A stretch of 59,360 nucleotides of DNA, the filler included, from Sphacelaria rigidula (Eukaryota), in assembly GCA_964200075.2 (NCBI GenBank). It is 8 parts of 8 records of this genome, joined end to end, with 100 filler letters (N's around TTAATTAATTAA, not from the genome) between each part and the next. Parts side by side here need not be neighbours in the genome. Positions count along the whole stretch, not along the records: positions 7,434 to 14,766 come from CAXNAA020015400.1; positions 14,867 to 22,199 come from CAXNAA020015401.1; positions 22,300 to 29,632 come from CAXNAA020015402.1; 5 more parts are not named here. One strand, 5' to 3'. The position numbers were made by a program, and so were the translations under genes. Below, piece by piece: positions 11,210 through 24,359 of this stretch; the first letter of the stretch is position 1, and every line of letters starts with the position of its first letter. The notes beneath the pieces are model-generated. The model saw only the letters and a list, made by a program, of their open reading frames with translations. It was not told the DNA's origin and ran no database searches.

Positions 11210-14200
11210 CTGAAGAGAGACATCTGTGCGATAAACAGCGAGGAACGTTTCGTCCCCAGCACGACCGCCGCATTGCTCGAGTGGGTTGCCGCTGCATTGT
11301 TCCTCCTCGCAGTATTCGACGAAGCCGGAGGCGGGGGAGTATATGATCTCGCCATACTTGTCGTACTCGTCGCCGCAGTAGCACTGAGTGCAGCGTCCAG
11401 TCGTTTGGCAATAGGAAAAGAAGGTATGGGGATTGGTTGAGTCTAAAATTGATGCACAGTTTCAGAAATCTAGCTCACTCCCTTCTCACTCCTCTTAGCC
11501 CTTAGACCGCGAGGTCAGTCTTCTGTTTAATCGGCATCAGTTTCCAGTGAAAAAAAGTATGCATGATCTAGAAAGACTAATCTCGCGGTCTAACGGTTAA
11601 TGTATATGCGCCTATCTGCACTCGAAGGTACGTATCTTGGAGTTGCGATGTGACGTACGAGTCTATGCGTCTTATCGGAATGTGGTTCGTCGTAGATCGA
11701 GACACAGAGTGGGTCGTGTGAGCTCTGATCCCTAGTACACCAGGCCACCTCAAGTCCATCATTTCACCTGCGCTCAGTTTACACTGCGTTCATCTTTGCC
11801 TAGCTGTGTGTTGGGTTACAATTCTCAGCTAATAATAACACGACGCGCCCCGGTGGCCTAAATTAAAATGGTACAACTGACGCCATTAGGTCGAAAGAAA
11901 CGCAAGCTCGATTATCGCCAAATGCGTATAGTTTTTCTTCTCCTCTCAAAATTGTCCATTTATGCCGTCGGAAACGTAAGGACTGGCAACAAGAGCCAGT
12001 TTGACTGAGTTTGTTAAACGATGGTCGACGCGGTGCGGGCATGCTGATCCTATCCGCGATACCAAAATACAAGGTATGCATCGGGGGGGAGAAGGGTATA
12101 TCCCCTGAGGCCACGGCATCGTTTTGAGGGAGAGAAGGGGTTATTAGTAGGAGTACGAGTGACAAGAGAAAAATGTGTTCGCGACCACACATATCTGAAA
12201 ATAGTACCAATACAATTGATGATAAAACACGTCGAAACATGCCTTTGCCTTGCCGGGGGATCATGGGCCAGTACTGTGAGCCAGCCTGTGGCCTATACTT
12301 ATGCGGTCGGAGCTGTACAAGCGACTGAACAGTTGAACTCTTAGTTGGTCCGAAGCCTAGATATCCCGGAGACCTAGACCCACACGGTTGGTGCCGGGTC
12401 GTTGCTGTCAGTTTGCCAGAAAAAAAGTAAACGATACGCTAGCGTGTCTCGAGATTACGTTTATATTATCGCTGGCATATAGGTTCTATCTCGGGGGAAT
12501 ATAAGAGCAGACGAGGACTCAAGATGGAATTCGTTGACGAAGCGCACCAATAGTTTCCGAGCGGACTATTCGGGATATGCGGTGTTCGCTCGAAATATGT
12601 GACAGGGTCGTTGAACCATAGTTGATGGTTGTGACATGGCGTTTGGCGTTGACCACAAGCGAGCTGGCCTGTGAAGACTCGGTAGAGCAAGGCAGCAATG
12701 AAAGTGTCAACTTAATCACAAACGCCAGGAGCAGCAGCAGCAACAAAAACGACAACAACAATAACACCGGTACCAACAACGCATATCCTCTTACCAAGGC
12801 ATATGGATCCAAACTGCTGGCCTACAGACACTGCTGGCCTACAGCAAAATCATCGATGAGTAGATGCTCTTGTAAGCAAGTCGACAGTCTCATGATTCTA
12901 GACTATACCACGTACCTCGGAGCCAGCAGCTAGACCGTAGTACGCGGTGCCAGCTTCAGCGCAATGCTCTTGGCACATCTGTGAGGCATCATCAAGTCAG
13001 ATATACCATGTTTTCAGGTGTCGTGGGTTAGAGTGTGGGAAGACGGTGAGAACCTTTGGTATATTATGCGTTTCGAGGCTTCTATCTTCGAGGTCGATCC
13101 ATTCATTCACTTTCTCACCGCCTTGGTCATGTCGGCAGAATCGTACACAGGAGTTGCATCCATCGCGAGCGGATTGCCGTCGTAAAAGCATCCGACTCTA
13201 GGGTTTACGCCGTCGATTTTCTTCAGCTCGAACACCCTCATCTTGGTATCTCTGTCGCGAAGAACAGCGTACAACACTGCTTGAACACGATCAGCGGAGC
13301 AGACTGAAGGTATATTAGAGTAAAACACTTATCTGAATCAGGAATGTCAGTCGGTCTGCAGGGATTACCTGACGATGTGCAAGAGAGTCAATACAGGGTT
13401 GGCAACTGGCCAAAATGCCGGACCAGTCTCAGTAAGATGACCGAACGGCTATTTCACTGTACAGTAGAACTTGAAGTCTCGAAATAAGCAAAAGTTCCTC
13501 TTCTTTGTACACTGAACATACGGACAAACTAAAGCCTCCGATGCGGTCTATGACAATGTGGGACCGGGCGATTCCCGCCTGAGCATGGTCATCGCTGACC
13601 CGAGCAACCGGGCAAGTTTAATTGTAGAGAGCAAACATGAGACCACATTTTCCTTTCATTTTTTTGCTGCTGTGGAACGCGATGGCGTGTAGTCGTTATG
13701 GCGCAACACAAAGTGGACATATAGAGTCAACAAAGGTAACGGTCGGCCGTACTGTAGACGATACAAGGTTGGAACTGTCGCGCTTTACTTTTGCACCACA
13801 CTGATATGCCACAAACTTCGCGTATCGCCCAGCAATACTATTCGTGGGCATGCCCGAAACATCATGCATATGGTTGACTGTGCTCACCCCCCGCACAACT
13901 CTCCTCCGGTTGCGCACTCTTCGTTACACTCTGAGTCGTCGAGCTGTAGCAGTTCAAAATCCTCCTTCTCATCTGTGTCGATGCCGCACCAACACTGGGG
14001 AAAACACAGATATTGTATCCAGTTGCACACGCACGAACGCAAGGGTTGAGGTAACAACACGAGTGTTATCCGCCAGCGTCGAAGAATGACTGTTCACCGA
14101 CTCGAAGCGAGGAAACTCAACACGCGCTTTATCCGTCTCCCCTCGTGGGTGATCGCTTGGTTCGAGAGCTAGAGGAAAACCAAGCGATGTTTCGGTCACC

Positions 14201-14372
14201 CCATGATGCAATTAGGAAGACGACAAAGAACAGCAACCAATTTATTGTTCATGTCCATGCCACAAAGGTGAGCGCTGTTCAGAATTTACCCTCTTGCCGG
14301 TACCTGGTAGTAGTCCTGCAGCCCGAAGTGAGTAAAGCCCGGATACTCTCCTTGGCATATGTCGAAGCATTT
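11210..14372 (-). CDS. Multi-WSC-domain (carbohydrate-binding, cell-wall) protein, 5'-truncated; at least 2 WSC domains
   Basis: Phase-compatible GT-AG exons: 14372-14304 (KCFDICQGEYPGFTHFGLQDYYQ); 13994-13888 (CWCGIDTDEKEDFELLQLDDSECNEECATGGELCG-G); 13251-13119 (DTKMRVFELKKIDGVNPRVGCFYDGNPLAMDATPVYDSADMTKA); 12978-12916 (MCQEHCAEAGTAYYGLAAGSE); 11383-11210 (CYCGDEYDKYGEIIYSPASGFVEYCEEEQCSGNPLEQCGGRAGDETFLAVYRTDVSLQ). This gives the WSC pattern GCF-MT-C..C-YG-CxC-C..C-CGG-VY. The 3' end either reads through GTA TAG (stop) or splices onward. Confidence 0.9.
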
Positions 14373-16032
14373 CTTGAGAGCGCGAGATCGGATCGAGACG
14401 AACACGCGAGGGCAGCAGTAGGGAAGGAGGACAGCGGCAAGAGGCGTGACGTTACTATGATATATGATAGCTCACCACCTGTTTCAATGCAGGAAAGAGG
14501 AAATGGAACCGCGATCGTTGGACTTCCGGGATAGCAGGGGATGAAGGACGAATGGGGCATGAGTCGGGGCGCCCAAGTTTACACAAATAATCATGAAGGT
14601 TAGCAGGTGGCACAACTATGAAATTGGAAACAGCCATGTGAATATATGTTATTACGGGCATTCGAAAAGCAGATCTCCCCCCCCCCTCCCCCGTCTGACC
14701 ATGGCGGTGGAGTGATGCTGCGATAGGGTCTGCGCTTTTGCGGCCTGAGAGGAAATCGGGATTTAGNNNNNNNNNNNNNNNNNNNNNNNNNNNNNNNNNN
14801 NNNNNNNNNNTTAATTAATTAANNNNNNNNNNNNNNNNNNNNNNNNNNNNNNNNNNNNNNNNNNNNGGCGCAAAAGTTGCGTGGATACCCCTTGGACCAG
14901 CGGTCAACTCTTGTCTCCCTATAGGGCAATCAGGCCGAAGAAATCGTGGAATTGGTGATTCTTAGTCGTGATGATTTGTCCTAACCGTGGATATTTTGGT
15001 CGCCACTCCACCCGGCAGCGCGACACGGCATACGGTGCACACTCGGCTGTCCACGTCATGCCTTGCTCATCAGCGACATACGGCAACCGTTGTACTAGAA
15101 AAAATCCGTCCCACAGGAATGGCGCATAATCAAATGCACTTCATTTTTTTTTTTTTGCTTATTTTCGAGCGAAGCGTATACTTCGATACCTCACCCCCCC
15201 GCCACCACATGCGGACGAAAAAATAGCCACAGAATACCGACACATTTACCATGGAAGGCCGCTCCTTCATCAATACATGTAGGTATCTCGCACGGCCAAA
15301 TAACACGAGATTCCATCCAACCTATTGACCGCCCGGGTGGGCGATCTGGGCATCATACTCATTCTGTCAAGTGAAGGTGATATCGATTCAACAGATGACC
15401 CCCCTTGGCGTAGAAAGAGGTAAAGATGCACAAGGTTCCACGAACAAAACATCATATCTCATAACTTTCCAACAATATACAAAAAATCACCCATTCCCTC
15501 TGCAGTGCACTACAAATCATACCCGAGAAAGACGAATGCATACGACGAACGGGGGGACGGCGGGAGACTTCACTAACCATCTCTCCCGCGAGATTTGGCC
15601 CCTGCTTCGTTTTATTGCACTTGTACTTGCCCCTCATCCTCTAGCAGGATAGGAGGGGAAAGCGCCACCAGAGCAACGAAAATGCGACGGGAAAAAATGG
15701 AACCCTTTCCAGCGAATCAAATATCAATCACGCTCTTGACTGGATACATGCTAGAATCATTCGAGAGTGGTCAGGCACCAACCAACCAAAAAACACAATG
15801 CCTCCTTTTCGGCTGTAAGGGCACGGAAACCACACTTCTGCCGACGAACGTATGAGAAGGACCAATGAATAAAAACAAGTCTTCTGCCTACCATACGACA
15901 CATGCACCCGTGCCGGGTTATTTGAATACATATCCACCCCGCAAAAATACACACGCTCCAACGCGTCTGTGCTCCGCCTTGCTCGCCCTCCACGGAAAAC
16001 AATCGGATTTCCTCTCAATTCCGGATTCATCA

Positions 16033-19000
16033 TCACGCGGTGTAACTGTCGGCATCGTAGATTCCTGACAAGTTGCCCCACAGCACGAAAGAGAGGCATT
16101 GCGACGGGATATAACGCACCTCACGTGAGATTTACATTCATCTTGGTTCACTGCGGTCCAGGTCATGAGCAGAAAGTACTCATTTCGAATAGGGTTGCGC
16201 GATGCAGAAAGTGGACCTATGTCTAGTATAGTGTGCTCCGAAAAAAACAAAAAAACTAAATATACGTCACAATGTTTTATTCCGACACTGCCCCCAAACT
16301 AAAGCCTGACGAGTAGAAAAGCTGTATAGCAGCAAAAGACATATATTATTCAGGTCTAACACTGCATATATAGGTATGCCTTATATATATATATATATGT
16401 CATATGCATGCTGTATGTATTTATATAGACTCACCTACTGTTCTGCGGAACTGGGTAATCAATGTGTGCATCTCCTTGCTGACATTTTCCGGTTCACGTT
16501 ATATTTTACGCAGGCGACATCTCGTCAAAAGCCACATCGCAAGTGCTCGTAATTGTTCTCCGAAGTGTCGGACATACCATGACATATTCTCACCGGGAAT
16601 CCAAGTGTTGACCTTCTCTGCGATAGCATTGACGATCCCCGATCGATTCGAGTTGATGCCCTTGGATTGCAGCCAATACCAGAACTTGTCACAATGTTCC
16701 ACGGAGTCGACCTTGAAGCACACAAGCGAACATATTTGGGCACGTACGTGAGTACCCTCGACATGCATCACGCCAGATGGACGTGAAATCATAGCTCAAG
16801 GCATCACAACGCGGGGGTTCTAGTCTGCAATTCAGTCATCGACAGGGTGTATCACATGAGTCTCAGGAGTGTGCAGGTGTTTTCCGCAATAGCAGGTGCT
16901 ACGCAGCGCCTGTGGAACTTTTCCCCGTGTATATATGCAAAACCAGTCATTTACAGATTCAAATTCAATTCCGTACGTAATTTACAGATTCAAATTCAAG
17001 TACGTACGAGAGAAGAAAATTTTGCAACAGTAAACTATACAGCTATCCCTAAGGCGTGGAGCACCCCTAACGCGAGAGGGGTCGTTCGCAGCGTGCGGGA
17101 TCGGGGCACCCAATGATGGGCGCGCACGCGCTGATGCGCTGATCGCACAAAGTGCAGATAACACAGCTTCAAGCGATGTGCGCCGCTTGATCGTTGGCTT
17201 TTTGCGTGCGGCACTACTGTCGCAACCATCGGCGTACACACTCTGATTGATGATGCGCACCTCGTGATCATCCTTGTCAGGCCCTCGAAGAGCCAAAAAT
17301 TTTCCAATTAGCTGATACGTGTTAGTGACGCAGTCGTCTCCTTCTCCCTCTGCTAGAATCTCCGCGCCCCTCTTCGCGATGCCCGGTACCTGTCGACACA
17401 GCCATCCGAGCACACTTTCATGCTTCTTTTTTTGTCATAATGTATGCATGAGGCGTCTTGAGGTTCCAGTTTCACAACGACAACAAAGAAGAAAATCGAA
17501 ACCTCATTCATCCTCCCCCGGGGAGGGAAAACTATATCGACCTACGGTATTAATCGGGATAATGCTTGAAATCAGGATGATCGCTCGCGTGATTGTGCAT
17601 GCACATACACCCCACCTCCACGACCAGTTGATTTTTTCCCCCGACCTTCGACTCCGTCGTTGGTTTCTCTTCTCACCTCTGTGATCTCTCCCGTGATGGC
17701 GGAGCGTATGAACTCGGCCAGTTTGTCGTCGCTCACCTTACTCCGCTTCGGGTCATACCCAGTCTAAAAACAGCGAGAAACGAGAACACCCCAAGCGGGA
17801 CAGGAAGGGGGAGGGGGGTATTAATAGTGGCGTGTGAGATAAACTTCGGTTTTACAGGTAGGGCAGTTTAATTATTCTCAAACTTGGAATATCCAAGGCG
17901 GCCGGGCTGCGGGCAAACCGCGGTGCATGACCACCGTATAGTAATGGGGTATACTGCCAGAGTGGTCTCAATTTGCTATCTAGTCTGATGCAGACATGGG
18001 TAGTTCCACGATGCCCTGTGCTCTCAAGTGTTCTGTCACCCGGTAAGGGGCATTCCCGGCGGAATGATAGTTGGACGGAACTCAAGGGCCAAATATTTCC
18101 AGAAATGTTGCGACCCTTATAGAGTGAGCAGCGGTGCAGTGAGCAGCGTGAGTAGACTAACTGTACGCCGGAACGCATAGCCATCAAAGAAGACAGCTGC
18201 AGTCTAAACCCAAAGAGAGGATGGCTACATGAGGTGTCTCGGAAGAAATTCATGTAGTTGAAATCTTGAGGTGACAGACTGCAGTAGTCGGAAGCAATGG
18301 TGAGCGATTTCGCACAGGATCTGTATTGCTGGAAACCTCCACAGTAAACCTAGCAATTGGAGCAAGCAGTTGTGACGGTGTACACCAGCTATCATCAATG
18401 AAAAACAAGAACTGGACCCACACGCCTACGAGCACCACTCATCAAATGGGAAAAAATCATGTAACCCATCATTTTTTCAACGAGGCGAGCGCCACATCGA
18501 GCTCGCTGTGCCCAGCTCCCTTCCGTCACCATAGCAAGAGCAGTCGGATGCTCTGGTAGTCACCACGAGAGCATACATGAATGATCCCGCACTTCAAGAG
18601 CATACTTTAAGGTAGCCATCGAATTTTTCTTGTACTCAACGCCAGCCACCAGATCCTGGCAATGCTGTGTTGCAGGGGTTTAATTGGTCATGTGACATAT
18701 TTTCCGGCACCGAAACTGGATTATGACCAGGCAATTGAGTTCCACGAACCGTTCAGAAACATGCTCAATCGGAATAGTGAGCCGGAGCTGCTGTGTTCCG
18801 AAACGTAACATTTTGTGCCGAAATATCACGTACCGACATGACATTTTCACCCCCGTCGCCATCGAAAGGCATGATCGGCTCTGGGGCACGTTTTACAGAC
18901 GTCAATTAGTTTGCATAACTGAGCATAATTGCGAGTATCTTTTCCCGGTTCACAGATGGTCACGAAAACTTGTATTTTGTGCCATCTAGTTCAAGGTGGT

Positions 19001-20229
19001 AATATAAGACCTCGGTCGTCTGGCGGAAACCCTTGATATTGCGCTGCCTTGGGGCAGCCGAGGTATGTTGTATGTAGTCCTCGGTTCATCGAGCGCAAGC
19101 CGCTCAGTATATATCAGTCGTCAGTGCGAGAACCGTAAAACGAGTGCTCTGTGCGGAGTCCTCGAGATGGGAACACCCGTCAAATAATCTCTGCGGGCGC
19201 ACCCGACGTGGTCGTGTCGGACGGGTGCGTCAGGTCCCTGCACCGAAGCTGCGAAGCTAGAATATCCATTGAGGAATGAGCCCGCACAGACAGGGGCAAA
19301 ATGTGCGCTCCAACAGGACCACCTTGGGCACCAGAATGTCGGCATATCCTTCCTATGATCATGATTTGTGTACTGTAAGGCACGATGCGGCTATTGCACT
19401 GGTGTCTGACGTACGCTGAGGACGGGCGTTCGGTACAATCAAGCCACGTGCAGGCTAGATTATTGGGGATAGTATTTGTGGGGTTTGAGCTCGGCATTTC
19501 CACATTTCCGCCTGAAAAAAAATGCCGCCCAGGAACACCGTGTGCCGCCACGAACGCCATACTTTAGGTACTCCCTGAACGATACGTTACAGTCAGTACA
19601 CAGTAGAGTACACTCTACAGACAGTACAGTACCAGTAGTACAGAGGCGTATTGAGTATTGACGGCCGTTATTTATCAAAACGGCAGGAAGGGCTGGAGGC
19701 ATTACACGGAATAATGGCGAAAAGTAGACACACCAGCTAAATAAATAAGTAAGAGGACTTCCCAAGGTGCAGTCCATGTATTGGCCACCGGCACGTCTGC
19801 AACATGTTGCTCAACGCTGCTGCGTTTGTACCCTCGGAGCTACATGTACAATACAGGTAGAAGTACGCGTACTGTATCGTCGTTAAACTGAATATAACGG
19901 GCATTACCTATACCAAAATATAGACAACGGTTTTAACCCCAGTACATGAACGACTTGCTCGAATTTTTGAATGTTTGTTGTGAGCGGCAGTCATATCTCT
20001 CTAGTCTACGCCCACATTCTGCAGCGAACTGCATGAACGTCATCTGCACCTTCTGTAAGAACAGATTAGCACATTCTGTAACAGTCCGGCGGTGTCGGCG
20101 GCATTGCACTCCCTGCCTGGTACAAGTTGTCAGTGTTCTGTCCTGTTGCTGTCCTCTGCTGGTGCGCTTACTGTAATAAATGCACGCTACAGATTATCGA
20201 ACTACGATATAAACACTCACGTCTGCCAT
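16033..20229 (-). CDS. Conserved small stramenopile protein, BAF (barrier-to-autointegration factor)-like HhH protein, 124 aa, 5 exons
   Basis: Exons 20229-20221 (MAD, context ACCATGG, donor GTGAGT), 17763-17677, 17389-17261, 16711-16594 and 16064-16033 (stop TGA), all GT-AG and in phase. Protein: MADTGYDPKRSKVSDDKLAEFIRSAITGEITEVPGIAKRGAEILAEGEGDDCVTNTYQLIGKFLALRGPDKDDHEVDSVEHCDKFWYWLQSKGINSNRSGIVNAIAEKVNTWIPGIYDADSYTA. ITEVPGIA...YQLIGKFL...FWYWL parallels BAF V..LAGIG...YVVLGQFL...FREWL. Exon 1 and the BAF label are less certain than the gene itself. Confidence 0.85.
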
Positions 20230-21340
20230 GGTGAGAAGATTTCCTGGTCCGATAGAAAGCCTGCTCTGTAGTCGCGGTAGAGAACAAGAGAGCGTGATGG
20301 TTTGATGTACAGAGAATGAGGACTGTGATTGATACTCGACGGGGCAATCGATATGCGATGTTAATTAATATTATGCTTAAAGCCCTTTGGTTATTTTACA
20401 TTATTATCGCTTATAATTGCCATTATCCATGATCTTTTCCAGATAGACTCACCCATGTACTTCTTGCGCTTCATGTCTCATCTCCAGCCAGATACATACT
20501 ACGTCAACTATAGGATTTGATCCTTCGAAACCAAGGAGTAGCTAGCACATAGTGTATTTATGGCATCCCCTCATATATGTTGGTCCTAAGACCATGAGGT
20601 CGAGCAGACAATAATTATAGCCATAATTATGACCAATGGATTTTCACAGCTGACAAATTCGGAGTACGACCAAATCTCTGTAAGAGGGGTGATGTCGTGC
20701 CCCATGCGACTGCTACCTGCTACGCGTTGCTGGGTTATGTACAAGTCGCATGGACAATGGATAAGGTGATAAAGTGTAGTACGTGGGCATGTATATTTCC
20801 TCCCGTGACACAAACAAAGTTTTGATTGTTCGCTTCATGGCACACGAAAATCCCCCGCAAAGATACACATGTTTCCTGTTCACGTAGCAGTGGGAAAGTC
20901 TTTGGACGACAATGTTATAGTCTGGGTATCTTGGCTCGCGCCAGTGCATAGAGGGGTGCTGCGCGGGTCCATTGCCGCCCCCCGGATGGTAAAGTACCCC
21001 GCTGAAGGCGCCGCCAGAGGAGAGGGAAAGTACGTTGTTGTCTTCGTCTCTCTTCAAAATCGAGTGCAATCTATGGCCGAGGCGTTTATATTGTACGGAA
21101 AGGACAGTCGATCGATCGAAGTGGAGGCCATACCCCCAACGAGGACACGTGCGATACTGTACCCAATACTATTGTACAAAAACAGTACTTGGATTTTTTA
21201 GTATTATTCCCGTCCAACATTATGGAGGCTTTTTAAATATTTTTTCCTAAGGCGCAAGCTCCGTTTGAAATGATCGTGATCCACGGCGTAAAATGTGCTG
21301 AGGATAGAGGGAAACACGCCCTTGGGAGAGAGATATCCGT

Positions 21341-22123
21341 TCTTATCGAAGATAATAATCACTTTTTATAAAAATAACGTTTGGAAAAAGCGGCCGGTGA
21401 TTGGTCGCTGCAATACCACCCCCTCCCGAAAAAGTGCCCCAAAAAACATGTTTACAGGAGTGATTTGTGACAGCTCGAACGGGAATATACATTATCCGTT
21501 GACAGGGACGCATGCAAAGGCTTGACATACAATCCGACATCATCAAACGTGAACTTGAGGATCGCATTGCCCCCGCAACCCGAAACCACACAGCTCGAGC
21601 CATAGCTGCTCATCAGCTGGAGGTTAGTTTACCACTTGGTAGGAGTAAGAAATTTCTCGGCAATATATGACTTCGAATAACACTAACTCTGACCCTTAGG
21701 CGGGGTCTTATCAGAAGTGATTATCACTTTTCAAGCAATCACTTTTGTGAAAAACGACCGATGATTGGTTGCTGTGATAACACTTCACCGACCCTCTGAA
21801 CCCCCCGGCCCTCGGCGCGCAACCGACCCAGGACCAGCACAACGGNNNNNNNNNNTTTTATCCACCCCCCCCCCCCCCCCCCCCGAGAAGTGCCAAAAAA
21901 TCACGTTTGCAAAAGTGATTTCAGGAAGTAAAGAAACACTTCCTGAAATCATTTTTTTAAAAGTGATTTTGTGACACCTCGAACGGGAACATAAAACATG
22001 CCGTTGACAGGGGCATAACCAAAGTCTTGACAGACAAGTCAAGACAATCAAACGTGAATCTGACGATCGCATTGCCCTCCCAAACCAAAACACCCCCCTC
22101 CATTTATTGCTGCTCATCAGCTG
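21341..22123 (+). repeat. Two diverged direct copies of a ~280-420-bp repeat unit
   Basis: 21341-21619 and 21706-22123 share TCTTATC, GATTGGT, TTTGTGACA.CTCGAACGGGAA, CCGTTGACAGGG, ATCAAACGTGAA, GATCGCATTGCCC and GCTGCTCATCAGCTG. Confidence 0.8.
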
Positions 22124-23369
22124 AGCACGCTGTGCGTGACCTTGCTCAAATCGGTTCAGAATTCAGTGAGAAATGATTATTTGCGTGAGACGCGCGCACN
22201 NNNNNNNNNNNNNNNNNNNNNNNNNNNNNNNNNNNNNNNNNNNTTAATTAATTAANNNNNNNNNNNNNNNNNNNNNNNNNNNNNNNNNNNNNNNNNNNNG
22301 TTCCGTCCCGGCTTTGTAGGGATGCGAGGTCAATGGTCTCATGACTATGGCATGCGTGATCATGAGTACACTCATCTCTCCCGTGGCTTTTGTCGCTACC
22401 GACTCCAAGTTTCACCACGATAGACAGACTTTTCTGGAGAGGTGAAATCGGATGACACTCATCGTACAAGAGCTTTCGCCAACGGTGTGTGTGTGTGCGT
22501 TGTCATCCCATCTATCCCGGACGCCAGTTCACGCCTTTCGGTGCTGTGTGGGAACATCAACCGGGGTCACACAGGAGCGAGGTCGTCACAATATATTTTA
22601 TGTTGTTTCAGCACCCCACTTTCCTTCTGCGGTTGTTACCTTGCATTCTATCGCGAGAAGAGTTGAGCCACCCTCTTTCCCTCGTCAACCGTAAAGTCCA
22701 TGTTTTTTTTTCGTGTATGAGTACTCACGATATAGTCGCTCTTCACTACTCTGTGGGACATAATGTGCGAAAAATATTAAGATCGACGGTGCCAGATCCC
22801 CAATTTTAACTTCAAGAATCGAAAATCGATATATACATATATCATTATTGTTTTTGAGTTGGGAACATGCAATCAAACGACAACGTGGCCGTTTTTCCGG
22901 GGTCCCAAACCCCTGACTCTGACTATGGTGTTACGTTACGACAGCTAGCTGTTGTGTCTCGAATATTCCGGACTGGAGGTAGGATCCACGTGTTCCGTGT
23001 GCTGTATGGAATAGAATCACGCCCTTCTTGCCCAGGGCGGCATCAAAGCTTATGCGGTTGTAATCACTCGACTCCAGTCAGTTTCCCTCTGCATTCATCT
23101 GTCTCTCGAGGTCGGCTACGCATCCGAAAGCAGTATGTATGACTGGTCATCCCGCCGCGTCATGTCGCAGCGACCAACCTACAAGCTGTTGACTTTGGAC
23201 GCTTGCTTTGCTCTTCACTTTTTTCTTCAGCCCGTCAAGATCGTTCCATAGCCTGCGTAGCCCGTGTTTTGCTCCAATCGGCGCTAAACGCTGCTGGTTT
23301 GAGGTCTACCAAGGCGCAATTTGCCTAGGGTGCCTTCTGCACCCCCCTACCTTGTGCGAGGCTTCTGGT

Positions 23370-23411
23370 GTCTGCCTTGGGTTGGGGTTGGGGTTAGGGT
23401 TAGGGTTGGGG
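23370..23411 (+). repeat. Interstitial telomere-like (TTAGGG/TTGGGG)n tract next to TGCCTTGG
   Basis: GTCTGCCTTGGGTTGGGGTTGGGGTTAGGGTTAGGGTTGGGG. The same arrangement occurs at 7099-7132 and, reversed, at 27465-27517. Confidence 0.7.
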
Positions 23412-24359
23412 ATAAGTTTCGAAGAAAAGAACGGACACATGTCGCCCATGGATTTCATCGCTCGGTCGACGAAGTACACGCGTTCCGTGAGTGGATATAC
23501 GAGTTTGGTGACTTGACCGCCGGAGGGTATGTCATCTGTCGAACCGGCACTATTTTCACGTGAAAAATAAGGTCAAGCCCCAGATGACCCACTCTGGCGA
23601 TTGAGTAGCTGTCAAGAGCGGTCTAATTGAGAAAAAGCAAGGCTCAGCTGAGAGGTTAAATACGCCGTTCCACCAGTTTTTCAGGTCAACGAGAGGGGTT
23701 TTTGGCGTGCGGAGGACGAACCATCTCTTATGCCGAGCACGGACATGGGAAACAACCAGTGCTGTAGATTATCCACTTGTCCGAAAAATCGAAGTTGGTG
23801 TGAAAATCAGAATCGGGTCTTACTCAACACTTGACGCGAACGACGTGGGCACTCGTGAACAGCTTGAAGACCTCAGAAACAATGCATGCGTGCTGCATCT
23901 CGCGGCTACTTTGCTTCACGGTGCCGAAAAGTACCACTTGGTTTCAATGGAACCGACTTGAGCAGAGGACCTCGAAATGTCATCGGTTTTTTGTTTTCTT
24001 CATCGAGATAAACATGGGCTTTTCCCTGCTCTATGGTCGACCATCTCAACGTGTGCATTTGTTCGACGCCGTTCACTTGTCTCCCAGCACTAGTTTTGAC
24101 GAGTCTAAGGAAGGTTGATGTTATATTTTGAAGTAGTGAATGAGGACGATCAGGATCCAAAGAGTCTTTTTTCAGCTTACCACCGCCTTGTCTTGAAAAG
24201 CCCGTACACCCATTGTACCTCAATTTGTATGTTGAGGGATAGTCCTGCGGTATAAAGATGCGAATCTTCTTCGCACCTGGAACGGGGCGAAATCAACGAT
24301 GAACTCGTCGCACCCACGTAGTTACACAATGACCGGCAGCCAAATAAAAAAAAATACTA

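Noticed and set aside
11036..11440. 134-aa hydrophobic plus-strand ORF
   Set aside because: Antisense to the WSC exon at 11210-11383.
23700..24240. Possible transposase C-terminal relic (minus strand, CFPCPC)
   Set aside because: Too degenerate; no catalytic motif recognised.
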